This document shows, in pieces, positions 26,816 to 37,142 of a DNA stretch of 64,000 nucleotides. The stretch is from Dehalococcoides sp. JdFR-56. Lineage in GTDB: Bacteria; Chloroflexota; Dehalococcoidia; Dehalococcoidales; RBG-16-60-22. The notes under the pieces are model-generated. The model made no database searches and was not told the DNA's origin. It saw nothing but the letters and a program-made list of their open reading frames with translations. The position numbers and the translations under genes were made by a program. The DNA is taken from NCBI GenBank assembly GCA_002011495.1, contig MTNR01000036.1, positions 15,239-79,238 of the forward strand. The letters are read 5' to 3'. How positions within the stretch are numbered: the stretch's first letter is position 1; every line of letters starts with the position of its first letter.

Positions 26816-27982
26816 TCATTTTGAGGGGGTTAAACTGGGATGACTTGCAGTGGTCAAGGTGTGGCTTATCAGCTCCCGCAGTCTAGCCAGCCCCCATTTT
26901 CTAATTGCGGAAATAAGCACCGTGTCCTCGCCCGGGGATTTATCGGAGAGATAATTTAAGGCGGATGTTTCATCCCAATCCCGGTCGTTGCCAAGCAGCA
27001 GGTCTATTTTATTCAGCGCCGTAATCCTTGGCTTACCCAGAAGGTGCAGGTCACCGAGGATGGCCTCTACGGTGCGGCATTGCTCGGCGGCATCAGGAGA
27101 GGCCAGGTCCACGACGTGAAGAAGCAGCGCCGCCTCATCCAGTTCCTCCAGGGTTGCCCTGAAGGCGCTGACGATGGTCGGGGGTAGCTTGCGGATAAAG
27201 CCCACGGTGTCAGTAACCAATACTGTCCTCTGGTCTGGCAGGGTCAGCCGTCTGGTGGTTGGGTCCAGGGTGGCGAAGAGCTTATCCTCGGTGAAGACGT
27301 CTGCCTGGCAGAGGGCATTTAGTAGTGTGCTCTTGCCAGAGTTGGTGTAGCCTACCAGAGCCACCACGGGTAGGCCGCTGCGGCTGCGCTTCTGGCGATA
27401 GAGCGCTCGGTGCTTTCTCACCTCCTCCAGCTGGGTTTTCAGCCGGTGTATTTTACGGCGAATGAGACGCCTATCTGTCTCAAGCTGTGATTCACCAGGG
27501 CCTCTGGTGCCGATGCCACCGCCCAACCTCTCCAAATGGCTCCATTGCCCAGCCAGACGGGGCAGGAGATACTGGTGTTGCGCTAGTTCCACCTGGAGCT
27601 GGCCTTCATGGGTGTGGGCACGCCGGGCAAAGATATCCAAAATCAAAGCGACGCGGTCGATCACCTTTACTTTGAGGGCTTCCTCTAGATTGCGCTGCTG
27701 GAGCGGGGTAAGCTCATCATCGAAGATCACCACGTCATAGTTGAGGCTGCTCTTAAGCGCGATCAGTTCCTCCAGCTTGCCTTTGCCGAGGTAATGTGTC
27801 CTTGAAGGCATCGGTAGCCGCTGGATGAGCTTGCCCACGACATTGGCTCCAGCCGTGCCCGCCAGCTGTGCCAGCTCCTCTATGGAGGCCTCTGCCGGCC
27901 AATTGTCCCGGCTCTCCTTGGCCTCCACAGCGACTAGGAAGGCTCGTTCTGGCGCTGATTTGGTCAGAATCGTGGTCCTAAT
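26816..27982 (-). CDS. hflX: GTPase HflX (start probably a non-ATG codon upstream of the tracked ORF)
   Basis: GYTNSGKSTLLNAL G1 motif, DTVGF, NKID, and HEGQLQVELAQ/PGESQLETDRR. The reading frame stays open upstream of GTG 27928 and encodes the conserved ERAFLVAV strand. GAGGAGG precedes ATC/ATT at 27985-27980. Confidence 0.8.
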   Translation of the reverse strand: MRTTILTKSAPERAFLVAVEAKESRDNWPAEASIEELAQLAGTAGANVVGKLIQRLPMPSRTHYLGKGKLEELIALKSSLNYDVVIFDDELTPLQQRNLEEALKVKVIDRVALILDIFARRAHTHEGQLQVELAQHQYLLPRLAGQWSHLERLGGGIGTRGPGESQLETDRRLIRRKIHRLKTQLEEVRKHRALYRQKRSRSGLPVVALVGYTNSGKSTLLNALCQADVFTEDKLFATLDPTTRRLTLPDQRTVLVTDTVGFIRKLPPTIVSAFRATLEELDEAALLLHVVDLASPDAAEQCRTVEAILGDLHLLGKPRITALNKIDLLLGNDRDWDETSALNYLSDKSPGEDTVLISAIRKWGLARLRELISHTLTTASHPSLTPSK

Positions 27983-28012
27983 GATCAGCCTCCTCTAGGT
28001 TATGTCAACTCA

Positions 28013-29194
28013 TCATTTGATTATCTGGCGGCGGGAGCTACGCCATCCAGATAGCCGTGATAGCCCCTTGACCAACGTGGCATCTGGGATGGTGAGGGAC
28101 AAGCGCACGTAACCCTCACCGTGCTTACCATACCCTATCCCGGGGGTAACCGCCACCCCAACCTGGTCCAGCAAATCAGTGGTGAAATCCACTGAGCTAT
28201 AGCCTTCAGGAACCCTGGCCCAGATGTAGAGGCTGGCCTTGGGTGGTCTAGCTTTGAGTCCAATGCTGTTTAGCACCTCCACAATCAGGTCCCGCCGCCG
28301 CTGATAGATGGCATTGTGCTCCTCAATGCAATCCTGAGGCCCGGTCAAGGCGGCGATGGCGGCCAGCTGAATCGCCTGCGGAATCCCGGAATCCAGGTTG
28401 GATTTGAGCCGCTTCAGGGCATCAATGGCGGTGGCATTGCCCACGGCCATGCCTATCCGCCACCCAGTCATATTATAGCTCTTGGAGAGAGAATGAAACT
28501 CCACGCCCACTTCCCTGGCCCCCTCGGCCTGCATGAAACTGACCGGCCGGTAGCCATCATAGGCGACCTCAGTATAGGGCCCATCATGACAGACGATGAG
28601 GTCATGTTGCCTGGCGAACTCAACCACTCTATTGAAGAAATCAAGGTCAGCCACCGCCGCAGTGGGATTATTGGGGTAGTTCAGCCACAGAAGCTTGGCC
28701 CGGCTCAAGATATGGCTGGGAACCGCCTTCAAGTTGGGCAGAAAGTCAGCTTCCTCTCTCAAGGGGAGATAGTAAACCTCGCCATTGGCCAGCATGGTGC
28801 TCACCGAATAAACTGGATATCCTGGGTCAGGCACCAGCGCAATATCCCCGCGGTCAATGAAGCAGAAGGCGATGTGGGCGATACCCTCTTTGGAGCCGAT
28901 GAGGGGTAAAACCTCTTTGTCTGGGTCAAAGGAGATGCCAAAGCGCCTTTCGTACCAATCGGCCACCGCCTGGCGCAACTCCGGCAGGCTATCTGACTCT
29001 GGATAGCGGTGATTGGCCGGGTCTCTGGCTGCCTCACAGAGCCGCTCAATGATATGCGGTGGCGTGGGGATATCAGGGTCGCCAATGGCAAAGCTGATCA
29101 CTTCTTCTCCCCTAGCCCTTTTTTCGGCAATCTTGCGACTGATCTCAACAAAAAGGTATGGTGGCAAGTTCTTGACGCGTTGTGATAACCTCAT
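28013..29194 (-). CDS. dapL: LL-diaminopimelate aminotransferase (class I aminotransferase)
   Basis: N-terminal RVKNLPPYLFVEI...ISFAIGDPDIPTP, the SLSKSYNMTGWR PLP-lysine motif, and adjacency to dapF. Confidence 0.7.
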   Translation of the reverse strand: MRLSQRVKNLPPYLFVEISRKIAEKRARGEEVISFAIGDPDIPTPPHIIERLCEAARDPANHRYPESDSLPELRQAVADWYERRFGISFDPDKEVLPLIGSKEGIAHIAFCFIDRGDIALVPDPGYPVYSVSTMLANGEVYYLPLREEADFLPNLKAVPSHILSRAKLLWLNYPNNPTAAVADLDFFNRVVEFARQHDLIVCHDGPYTEVAYDGYRPVSFMQAEGAREVGVEFHSLSKSYNMTGWRIGMAVGNATAIDALKRLKSNLDSGIPQAIQLAAIAALTGPQDCIEEHNAIYQRRRDLIVEVLNSIGLKARPPKASLYIWARVPEGYSSVDFTTDLLDQVGVAVTPGIGYGKHGEGYVRLSLTIPDATLVKGLSRLSGWRSSRRQIIK

Positions 29195-29205
29195 TCTCTA
29201 GCACC

Positions 29206-30066
29206 TCATTCTGGCCATTCTCCAGCAAATACCCTCTCCGCCGGACCACGCATCAGCACCTCTCCACTGCTAGGCCACTCGATCTGGAGGGTACCTCCTG
29301 GTAATTTTATGTTGACCTTGTTTTCCACATAGTCGTAAAGCTGGGCGGCCACGGCTACGGCACAGGCACCGCTGCCGCAGGCCAGCGTCTCCCCCACTCC
29401 CCGCTCCCAAACCCTAACCTCTATCTCCTGCCGGCTGAGCACCCTGGCCACTTCAAAATTTGTCCGTCTGGGGAATATATCCAAGTGCTCCACTTTTGGC
29501 CCAAGCTGCGCTAAGGGGAAATCTGATGGTGATTGTGAGGAGAAATAAACCGCGTGCGGATTCCCCATTGAGACCAGATTGAGCTCAAGGTCCCAGCCAT
29601 CAAGGCTCACCGGATAGCGCATCATTGATTTTATGTAAACTAATTTTTCCTTGCCCTGCCCTAGCGTCGCTGGGATCTCGTCAGGGCCAAATCTGGGTTC
29701 GCCCATGCCTACCTCAATGGCGGTTAACCTGCCCTGGCTTTTGCCGAGCTTGAGCTTCCTTATGCCGGCGATTGTTTCCACCGTTATCTCATCGGTCTCG
29801 GCGCTGAGCAGCCCTTCTTCAAAAACAAACTTGGCCAGGCACATTATGCCGTTGCCGCAGGCCTCCGCCTCGGAGCCGTCTGGGTCAAACATGCGCATCC
29901 GGAAATCGGCCTTATCAGAGGGGAGCACCAGTATCAGGCCATCGCTACCAATGCCAAAGTGACGGTCGCACATGGCCACCGCCAGCCGTGACCAGTCGCG
30001 CTGGACATTATCTGTCTCTACCAGGACAAAGTCGTTTCCTGAGCCTTGCATCTTGGTGAACTTCAT
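29206..30066 (-). CDS. dapF: Diaminopimelate epimerase
   Basis: MKFTKMQGSGNDFVLV, and two catalytic Cys contexts (EAEACGNG, TLACGSGA). Confidence 0.9.
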   Translation of the reverse strand: MKFTKMQGSGNDFVLVETDNVQRDWSRLAVAMCDRHFGIGSDGLILVLPSDKADFRMRMFDPDGSEAEACGNGIMCLAKFVFEEGLLSAETDEITVETIAGIRKLKLGKSQGRLTAIEVGMGEPRFGPDEIPATLGQGKEKLVYIKSMMRYPVSLDGWDLELNLVSMGNPHAVYFSSQSPSDFPLAQLGPKVEHLDIFPRRTNFEVARVLSRQEIEVRVWERGVGETLACGSGACAVAVAAQLYDYVENKVNIKLPGGTLQIEWPSSGEVLMRGPAERVFAGEWPE

Positions 30067-31028
30067 GCTAGCCTTGCCACCTTGCTTAAAATAGCGTCCT
30101 GATTATTTTGTTCACGCTTTAAGAAATTGGTCAATAGCGCTTCGATTTCTGAATTTGCCTTGAGCGATACGTCAAACCAGTGGATTCTCTTATCATTTAG
30201 CCGGAACCAGGCATACTGGTGCCGCACCAGCCGATGTGTCTCGGCTTTGATCTGCTCCGCCGCCTCAGCCAAAGTCAGCTCACCGCGGAGAAACATCCCG
30301 ATTTGCTTGTAGCCAATGCTGGACAGGGACGGCAAGTTAAAATGATACCCCATGCTCAGCAATTTTTCCACCTCAGCCACCAGCCCTTGCTCAAGCATGG
30401 CATCAACCCTCAGGTCAACCCGCCGGTAGAGCTCATCTCTAGGTGCAGTCAGCCCGATGATGAGGATGTGGAAAGGTGGTGGCTCCTTGGCCTGGAGCCG
30501 GGAGAAGGGTTTCTGCGCCTTGTAGTGCACCTCAAGAGCCCTGATTACCCGGCGCACGTTACGGGGGTCAATGCGCTGCGCTGCCGCTGGGTCAACCCGC
30601 GCCAATTCCCGATAAAGCTCATCAGCACCGCTTCTGGCCGCCCGCCCCTCTAGCTTGCGCCGCAGCTCAGGGTCAGGCGGCACTGATGGTATCTTCCAGC
30701 CCTCCAGCACCGCCCAGATATAGAGGCCGCTGCCCCCGACCAGTAAGGGCAGTTTATGGCGCTGTTGGATGTCCTTGATGGCTTGGTAAGCCAGCGCCTG
30801 ATACTGGGCCAGGCTGAAATCCTGGTCAGGGTCAACAAGGTCAATCAAGTGGTGGGGGACGAGGGCCCTTTCCTCTGGGCTGGGCTTGGCGGTGCCGATA
30901 TCCATATAGCGGTAAACTTGTCGGCTATCCGCGCTCACTATCTCACCATGGAACACCTGAGCTAGTCTAAGCGCCAGCCGGCTTTTGCCGATGCCAGTGG
31001 GGCCAACTATGGCAACAAGGTGCTTCAT
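30063..31028 (-). CDS. miaA: tRNA dimethylallyltransferase
   Basis: VGPTGIGKSRLALRLA P-loop, SADSRQVYRYMDIGTAKP, LLVGGSGLY. Confidence 0.9.
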   Translation of the reverse strand: MKHLVAIVGPTGIGKSRLALRLAQVFHGEIVSADSRQVYRYMDIGTAKPSPEERALVPHHLIDLVDPDQDFSLAQYQALAYQAIKDIQQRHKLPLLVGGSGLYIWAVLEGWKIPSVPPDPELRRKLEGRAARSGADELYRELARVDPAAAQRIDPRNVRRVIRALEVHYKAQKPFSRLQAKEPPPFHILIIGLTAPRDELYRRVDLRVDAMLEQGLVAEVEKLLSMGYHFNLPSLSSIGYKQIGMFLRGELTLAEAAEQIKAETHRLVRHQYAWFRLNDKRIHWFDVSLKANSEIEALLTNFLKREQNNQDAILSKVARLA

Positions 31029-31789
31029 TTCCGATACTTAATCACCGCAGTTTGGGTTACGATGCTCAAAAACTCGGTGGCCTTCAAACTGGCGCCACCG
31101 ACCAGGGCGCCATCAATCTCGGGCTGATGCATGAACTCGGCGGCGTTGGCCGCGGTAACGCTGCCGCCGTATAGAATGCGCACTTCCTGAGCCCGTTTCT
31201 CACCATACCGCTTGGCGATATTCTGACGGATGAAGGCGATGGTCTCGTTTGCCTGCTCACCAGTGGCGGCCCTGCCGGTGCCGATCGCCCAGACCGGTTC
31301 ATAGGCGATAACCAGGCCAGCTAAATCCTTCACCTCTGCCAGAGATGAGTTCAATTGTTCGGTGATCACCTCTTCTGTCCTGCTGGCCTCATTTTCCTCC
31401 AACTTCTCCCCGATGCACAGAATGGGCTTTAAGCCTGCTTTCAGCGCTGCCAGCACTTTTTTATTGACCACCTCTCCAGTTTCATGGAAATACTGCCGCC
31501 GCTCTGAGTGCCCAATGATGACGAATTCACAGAGGTCAGCGAGCATCAAGGGGGAGATTTCCCCAGTGTAGGCGCCCTTTTCGGCAAAGTAGAGATTCTG
31601 CGCCCCCAGTTTTATCGAGCTACCTTTGAGCAGCTCCTTTAGCGGTGCCAGAGAGACAAAGGGGGGACAGAGCACCTTATCAACATGGCTCACTTTATCC
31701 AGTTCCTCCCGCATGGCCTGAACTAGCCGGATAGCCTCACCCACCGTGGTATTCATCTTCCAATTGCCAGCGATAAATGGTATACGCAT
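31025..31789 (-). CDS. tpiA: Triosephosphate isomerase
   Basis: AGNWKMN, IGHSERR, AYEPVWAIGTG, GGASL. Confidence 0.92.
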   Translation of the reverse strand: MRIPFIAGNWKMNTTVGEAIRLVQAMREELDKVSHVDKVLCPPFVSLAPLKELLKGSSIKLGAQNLYFAEKGAYTGEISPLMLADLCEFVIIGHSERRQYFHETGEVVNKKVLAALKAGLKPILCIGEKLEENEASRTEEVITEQLNSSLAEVKDLAGLVIAYEPVWAIGTGRAATGEQANETIAFIRQNIAKRYGEKRAQEVRILYGGSVTAANAAEFMHQPEIDGALVGGASLKATEFLSIVTQTAVIKYRK

Positions 31790-31845
31790 TTTCCTCTCCT
31801 CATCAGTGAAATATCAAGTGAGGCTTGGCCCTCCTCTGCCTGAGC

Positions 31846-33060
31846 TTAAGCGCCAAATTTGGTCAGCTTCAGGGCATTGGCCATGGCCAGGGTCATCAGC
31901 TGCACCGCGGGAAATCTCCCCAGCCCGCCCAAGGCGCAGGCCGGCTCGGAGAATTCCTTCACCTGGTCAGGGCGGCACCACCTGGAGTGGAGCAGGACTG
32001 GCACCGGATGCCAGCTATGCCCCTTGAACATGGCTGGCGTAGAATGGTCACCCGCCACCACGATGACGTCTGGCTTGAGAGCGAGTAGCTCGGGGAGGAG
32101 GCGGTCAAACTGCTCAAAGATTTTGACCCGGCGCTCGAAATCTCCATCCTCACCGGCGTTATCCGCCGGCTTTACGTGCAGGAAGAAAAAGTCATACTTG
32201 GCGTAGTTCTGCTTGAGCGTCATGAACTCCTCTTCAATGCTGGTTCCTGTGTCCAGCACCTCCATACCCACCAGCTTGGCCAGCCCTCGGTACATGGGAT
32301 AGCTGGCGATGGCAGCCGGGGTCAATTTGTAAATCTCCTTCATAGAGGGTAGATGGGGGCACTGGGAGAAACCACGCAGTAAGACCATATTGGCCGGATA
32401 GTGCTCTGCCAGGGTGAGCTTGGCATGGGAGATAAATCCATTGGCCACGCTGGCCAGCTTGCTCGCCTCTGGGCTTAGTGCCTCAACCTTCTTGGGGGGT
32501 ACCCCCTCCCGCAATGGGTCGGAATCGCTCACCTCCAGAGCCAGCCCCTTGCCCCGGAATACGGCGATAAAGCGGTGCTCCCTCACTGGAGCAACGAGCA
32601 CCCTTATGCCGCTGATTGACCGCCCATCAAGCAGCCGACAGAGCTCAACGCACTTCTCCGTGGAGACGCGCCCTGCCCGCCGGTCGGTGACTAGTCCCTC
32701 TTTATTCAAGGTGCAGAAGTTGCCGCGGGCGGCGATATCCCCCGACTGCAGGTTAAAGTCAATGCCTACTGCCTCCAGCACCCCCCGACCGATGATATAA
32801 CGGACTGGGTCATAACCAAACAAAGCCAGATGCCCCGGAGCGCTGCCCGGCGTTATTCCAGGGGCCACCGGGTCAGCAAGGCCACAGATGCCTTCCGCAG
32901 CTAGCTGGTCAAGGTTGGGGGTTCTGGCCGCCTCCAGCTCCGTTTTTCCGGTTTCTGGGTTGGGTAGTCCCCCTAAACCATCAATGACCAGGAACACAAT
33001 TTTGCTCGGTGTAGCTACGGAGATCTCTTTGATTACCTCTAGACCGATGCTGCTCGTCAA
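31846..33060 (-). CDS. apgM: Cofactor-independent phosphoglycerate mutase, archaeal type
   Basis: VFLVIDGLGG, GSAPGHLALFGYDP, VVAGDHSTP. About 400 aa, which fits ApgM rather than the roughly 510-aa GpmI. Confidence 0.8.
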   Translation of the reverse strand: MTSSIGLEVIKEISVATPSKIVFLVIDGLGGLPNPETGKTELEAARTPNLDQLAAEGICGLADPVAPGITPGSAPGHLALFGYDPVRYIIGRGVLEAVGIDFNLQSGDIAARGNFCTLNKEGLVTDRRAGRVSTEKCVELCRLLDGRSISGIRVLVAPVREHRFIAVFRGKGLALEVSDSDPLREGVPPKKVEALSPEASKLASVANGFISHAKLTLAEHYPANMVLLRGFSQCPHLPSMKEIYKLTPAAIASYPMYRGLAKLVGMEVLDTGTSIEEEFMTLKQNYAKYDFFFLHVKPADNAGEDGDFERRVKIFEQFDRLLPELLALKPDVIVVAGDHSTPAMFKGHSWHPVPVLLHSRWCRPDQVKEFSEPACALGGLGRFPAVQLMTLAMANALKLTKFGA

Positions 33061-33079
33061 GCTATCCTCCTTACAGGGC

Positions 33080-34273
33080 TCATCTTTTCTCCAGCAGTGC
33101 TTCTACGCCGGGCAATTTTTCCCCGCTTAAAAACTCAAGCGAGGCGCCGCCACCGGTGGAGACAAAGGACATTTTATCAGTTAACCGCATTTCGTTCACC
33201 ACCTCGGCGGTGGAGCCGCCACCAAGGACGGTTTTGGCCTCAAGATGAGCCAAAAGCTGAGCCAGTTCCCGTGTACCCCGGGCAAATTGGGGGATTTCAA
33301 ATATCCCCACTGGGCCGTTCCAGAAGATGGTTTTGCATCTCCGCAGCTCCTGGCTGAAGCTACCAAGCGTCTGCGGGCCCATATCAACAATTCTTCTGTC
33401 TGGCGGGATATTCTCCACTGGCACCACCTCGGTCCTGGCCTGCTCGGTTAATTCATCAGCGACCAGCACATCAACCGGCAATATAAGATGGGTTTTCGCT
33501 TGCTGGGCCTGGGACATCAGTTTATTCACTGTATCCAGCATCTCCTCCTCAATCAAGGAGAGACCTACCTCGTAACCTTTGGCCTTGAGGAAGGTGGCCG
33601 CCATACCCCCGCCAATGAGCAGCAAGTCCACCTTGCCCATGATATTCTCCAGCAGGCTGATTTTATCGCTTATCTTGGCGCCGCCGAGGAGGGCGGCGAA
33701 GGGATGGGCCGGGTTTTCCAGAAGGCCGGCTAGGTTCTCAATTTCCCGCTCCATGAGCAGGCCAGCTACGGCGGGAAGGTAATTAGTGATAACGGATATT
33801 GAGGCGTGCGCCCGGTGAGCCGCGCCGAAGGCATCGTTGACAAATACCTCACCCAGGCGGGCGAGGGCTTGGGCGAAGGAGGCGTCTCCAGCCTCTTCCT
33901 CGGCATGAAAGCGCAGGTTCTCTAGGAGCAGGAGGTCCCCGTTTCTCAAATTGGCCACCATCCGTTCCACCTCTGGGCCAATGCAGTCCGGGGCCATGCC
34001 CACCGCCCGCTCCAGAATCTGGGAGAGGCGCTGGGCCACGGGGGCCAATTTCAATCCCTCAACCACTTTCCCCTTGGGCCGGCCGAGGTGGGACATCAGG
34101 ATGATCTTTGCCTCCCGCTCAATGAGGTGCCTAATGGTGGGCAGTGCCGCCCGGATGCGGGTGTCATCGCTTATCTCTCCGGTCTTCTCGTCCAGAGGCA
34201 CATTGAAGTCAACCCGCACCAGAATCCTTCTGCCCTCAACCTCCACGTCTCTAACTGTCATTTTGTTCATCAT
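33080..34273 (-). CDS. pgk: Phosphoglycerate kinase
   Basis: [31 protein letters not shown]. Confidence 0.92.
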   Translation of the reverse strand: MMNKMTVRDVEVEGRRILVRVDFNVPLDEKTGEISDDTRIRAALPTIRHLIEREAKIILMSHLGRPKGKVVEGLKLAPVAQRLSQILERAVGMAPDCIGPEVERMVANLRNGDLLLLENLRFHAEEEAGDASFAQALARLGEVFVNDAFGAAHRAHASISVITNYLPAVAGLLMEREIENLAGLLENPAHPFAALLGGAKISDKISLLENIMGKVDLLLIGGGMAATFLKAKGYEVGLSLIEEEMLDTVNKLMSQAQQAKTHLILPVDVLVADELTEQARTEVVPVENIPPDRRIVDMGPQTLGSFSQELRRCKTIFWNGPVGIFEIPQFARGTRELAQLLAHLEAKTVLGGGSTAEVVNEMRLTDKMSFVSTGGGASLEFLSGEKLPGVEALLEKR

Positions 34274-34333
34274 TCACCCCTGGCATCGCTCAAATATGGG
34301 AATATCAGGAAAATGGGTGAGAAAAGGGCTTTC

Positions 34334-36241
34334 CTACGAGGTAGTCCCCACTCTGCCCTTGACCTCTGGCCAAGAACCAGGCGTCTGGTCGGAAAGTAGT
34401 GCCAGGGTCTGCCGGGCTATTCCCGCCGCATCCAGCCCATACTTGGCGCGGAGGATAGCCTGCGTCCCCTGCTCGACGAATTCATCGGGAATGCCCAGGC
34501 TTTTTACCCGCACCTCAGCGATCTCTGCATCCTGAAGAAGCTTGACGACGCTGCTGCCAAAGCCACCATTTAGCGTGTTCTCCTCAACGGTAACCAGGTG
34601 CTTGATATGGCGCACCATATCCATGAGCAGCCCGCTGTCAAGCGGCTTGGCAAAGCGAGCGTTCACCACAGTGGCCTCAATATTATTTAAAGCCAATTCC
34701 CGCGCTGCCTCAAGGGCGGGGGCCACCATGGCCCCGATGGCCAGTATGGCCACGTCTTTTCCTTCCCGCAATATCTCCCATTCGCCGATGGGGATTTCTC
34801 GCAATGTGCTGTCCAGCTCCACACCCAGCCCAGCGCCGCGGGGGTATCTCACCGCCATAGCTTGCCTGGCCCTCACCGCGGTGTAGAGCAGGTGCTGAAG
34901 CTCGTTCTCATCCTTGGGTGCCGCCACAATCATATTGGGAATCAGCGAGAGATAGGAGATATCAAACGTTCCCTGATGGGTCTTGCCATCATCCCCGACG
35001 ATACCTCCTCGGTCAATGGCGAAGACCACAGGCAAGTTCTGCAAACAGACGTCATGGATGATCTGGTCATAGGCACGCTGGAGAAAGGTGGAGTAGATGG
35101 CGACAATGGGGATGAAACCCTGGGTGGCTAGTCCGGCGGCGAAGGTGACCGCGTGCTGCTCACAGATGCCGACGTCAAAGACGCGATGGGGAAATTCGGC
35201 GGCGACCATATTGAGGCAATTCCCCTCGGGCATGGCGGCGGTAATAGCCACCAGTCTGGGGTCCTCACGGATTAGGCGCAGCACCGTCTGGGCGAAGACC
35301 TGGCTATAAGTGGGTATTTGTTTGGTGCTGGCGCACTTTGCTGCCACACCGTGAAAGTAAATGGCATCACTCTCCGCGGGGAGATAGCCTTTGCCCTTGG
35401 TGGTGACGACGTGAACGAAAGTTGGCTTGAGGTGGTAGTTTCTGGCTTGACTCAGTGCTGTTTCCAGGTCAGCGATGTTGTGTCCATCCACCGGCCCGAT
35501 GTAGGCGAAGCCAAGCTCCTCCCAGATCATGGTGGGCATCACCAGGCCCTTGAATCTGTTTCTCGCCTGCTGGGTTACCTCCCACAGCCGGTCACCGAGG
35601 GGTAATGCGGTGAGTATCCGCCGGCTTTCCTCCTTGGCCAGACGGTAGCGGCGGTCAAAGCGCACCCGGTTCAATAGCTTGGCCAGGCTGCCCACCGTGG
35701 GGGAGATGGACATCCCGTTATCATTCAACACCACAATAAGCCTGGAGCCAAGGTGGCCAGCTTGGTTGAGCGCCTCAAGCGCCATGCCACCGGCGATGGC
35801 CCCATCGCCGATGACCGCCACCACTTGGTAATCATCGCCACGCAGGTCACGGGCCATGGCCATGCCCAGTGCTGCCGAGACCGAGGTGCTGGCATGACCA
35901 GTGCCGAAGGGGTCATGCGGGCTTTCACTGGGGCTAGTGAAACCAGATAGACCTCCGTATTGACGCAGCGAGGCAAAGCGCTCCCTGCGCCCGGTGAGCA
36001 GCTTGTGCACGTAGCTCTGATGCCCGACGTCCCAGATGATCTTATCCTTGGGGCTGTCAAACACCCGGTGCAGGGCTATGGTGAGCTCAACGACTCCCAG
36101 ATTGGAGGCAAGGTGGCCGCCAGTATTGGTCACCGTGGTTATCAGTTCTTGCCTGAGCTCAGCGGCCAGTTCCTCCAGCTCCCGGCGGGAAAGTTGTTTT
36201 AAATCGGCAGGGCCGTTGATTTGGTCCAGCAACCTTGACAT
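34334..36241 (-). CDS. dxs: 1-deoxy-D-xylulose-5-phosphate synthase
   Basis: GGHLASNLGVVELT, VGHQSYVHK, GDGAIAGGMALEALN, GIVGDDGKTHQG. Start at ATG 36241 (MSRLLDQING). Confidence 0.92.
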   Translation of the reverse strand: MSRLLDQINGPADLKQLSRRELEELAAELRQELITTVTNTGGHLASNLGVVELTIALHRVFDSPKDKIIWDVGHQSYVHKLLTGRRERFASLRQYGGLSGFTSPSESPHDPFGTGHASTSVSAALGMAMARDLRGDDYQVVAVIGDGAIAGGMALEALNQAGHLGSRLIVVLNDNGMSISPTVGSLAKLLNRVRFDRRYRLAKEESRRILTALPLGDRLWEVTQQARNRFKGLVMPTMIWEELGFAYIGPVDGHNIADLETALSQARNYHLKPTFVHVVTTKGKGYLPAESDAIYFHGVAAKCASTKQIPTYSQVFAQTVLRLIREDPRLVAITAAMPEGNCLNMVAAEFPHRVFDVGICEQHAVTFAAGLATQGFIPIVAIYSTFLQRAYDQIIHDVCLQNLPVVFAIDRGGIVGDDGKTHQGTFDISYLSLIPNMIVAAPKDENELQHLLYTAVRARQAMAVRYPRGAGLGVELDSTLREIPIGEWEILREGKDVAILAIGAMVAPALEAARELALNNIEATVVNARFAKPLDSGLLMDMVRHIKHLVTVEENTLNGGFGSSVVKLLQDAEIAEVRVKSLGIPDEFVEQGTQAILRAKYGLDAAGIARQTLALLSDQTPGSWPEVKGRVGTTS

Positions 36242-36326
36242 AAATGGCCTCGTTAATCTCAATACTAGCAATGTGACTGGATGATGTCAAGCAAAGAAGA
36301 GCCTAGGCATTCCGTCATCATCTTGC

Positions 36327-36355
36327 TTGACGTGGTAGTATCTATTTGCTACACT
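36327..36355 (+). promoter_or_regulatory. Candidate promoter for dedA (leaderless-like geometry)
   Basis: TTGACG 36327-32, a 17-nt spacer, TACACT 36350-55. The called GTG start (36363) is only 7 nt downstream. Confidence 0.3.
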
Positions 36356-36362
36356 GCCCCAA

Positions 36363-36995
36363 GTGCTGTACCTGGAGCAAGAGCTACTACGTTTCATCAG
36401 CGATACCTACAATCTGATACAGTGGCCCGGGGTGGTGCTGCTCATGGCCATAGAGAGCGCTTGCATTCCCCTGCCCAGTGAGCTGATCATGCCTCTGGCC
36501 GGCTGGATGCTGGTGAAAGAGCGCTCCCTATCCGCAGCCTATACCTTGGTGGCTGGCTTCTATGGGGCGCTGGGGAATACCATCGGCTCGGCGATTGCCT
36601 ATGGGATCGGCATGGGGGGAGGCCGTCCCCTGCTGGAGAGATACGGGAGATATATCCTCGTCTCCCGCCATGACCTTGACTTGGCTGACCGGTGGTTTGA
36701 GCGAAGCGGCAGTTGGTCGATCTTCGCCTCCAGGCTGCTACCGGTGGTGCGCACCTTCATCAGCCTTCCCGCCGGAATAGCCAGGATGCACTTCATCAAG
36801 TTCTTGGTGTATACCTTCCTTGGCTCCTTCATCTGGAGCGTTGGGCTTGCCTACGGAGGTTATCGGCTGGGAGAACACTGGGAGCAGGTGCGCGCTGTCC
36901 TGCGTCCTTTTGACCCACTTATCATCGCCATAGGCATCATCCTCATTGCCTTCTACATCTACCGGCATATCAAGCACTCCCGGTCGTCAGCTTGA
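36363..36995 (+). CDS. DedA family membrane protein
   Basis: ESACIPLPSELIMPLAG and RLLPVVRTFISLPAG motifs, with several TM helices. The start codon (GTG) is uncertain. Confidence 0.8.
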   Translation: MLYLEQELLRFISDTYNLIQWPGVVLLMAIESACIPLPSELIMPLAGWMLVKERSLSAAYTLVAGFYGALGNTIGSAIAYGIGMGGGRPLLERYGRYILVSRHDLDLADRWFERSGSWSIFASRLLPVVRTFISLPAGIARMHFIKFLVYTFLGSFIWSVGLAYGGYRLGEHWEQVRAVLRPFDPLIIAIGIILIAFYIYRHIKHSRSSA

Positions 36996-37036
36996 CCTTG
37001 CTTGTTGCTTCGTGCTACATTGGAATATAGTGACGC

Positions 37037-37110
37037 GTCCCTGTAGCTCAGCTGGACAGAGCAGCTGCCTTCTAAGCAGCGGGTCGTGGGTTCGAATCCC
37101 TCCAGGGACG
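37037..37110 (+). tRNA. tRNA-Arg (anticodon UCU)
   Basis: Hand-folded. Acceptor GTCCCTG/CAGGGAC, D arm GCTC-AGCTGGACA-GAGC, anticodon arm GCTGC-CTTCTAA-GCAGC, T arm GTGGG-TTCGAAT-CCCTC (one U-U mismatch), discriminator G. Confidence 0.85.
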
Positions 37111-37142
37111 CTTTTTAATGTCTGATTGGAGGTTAATATATC

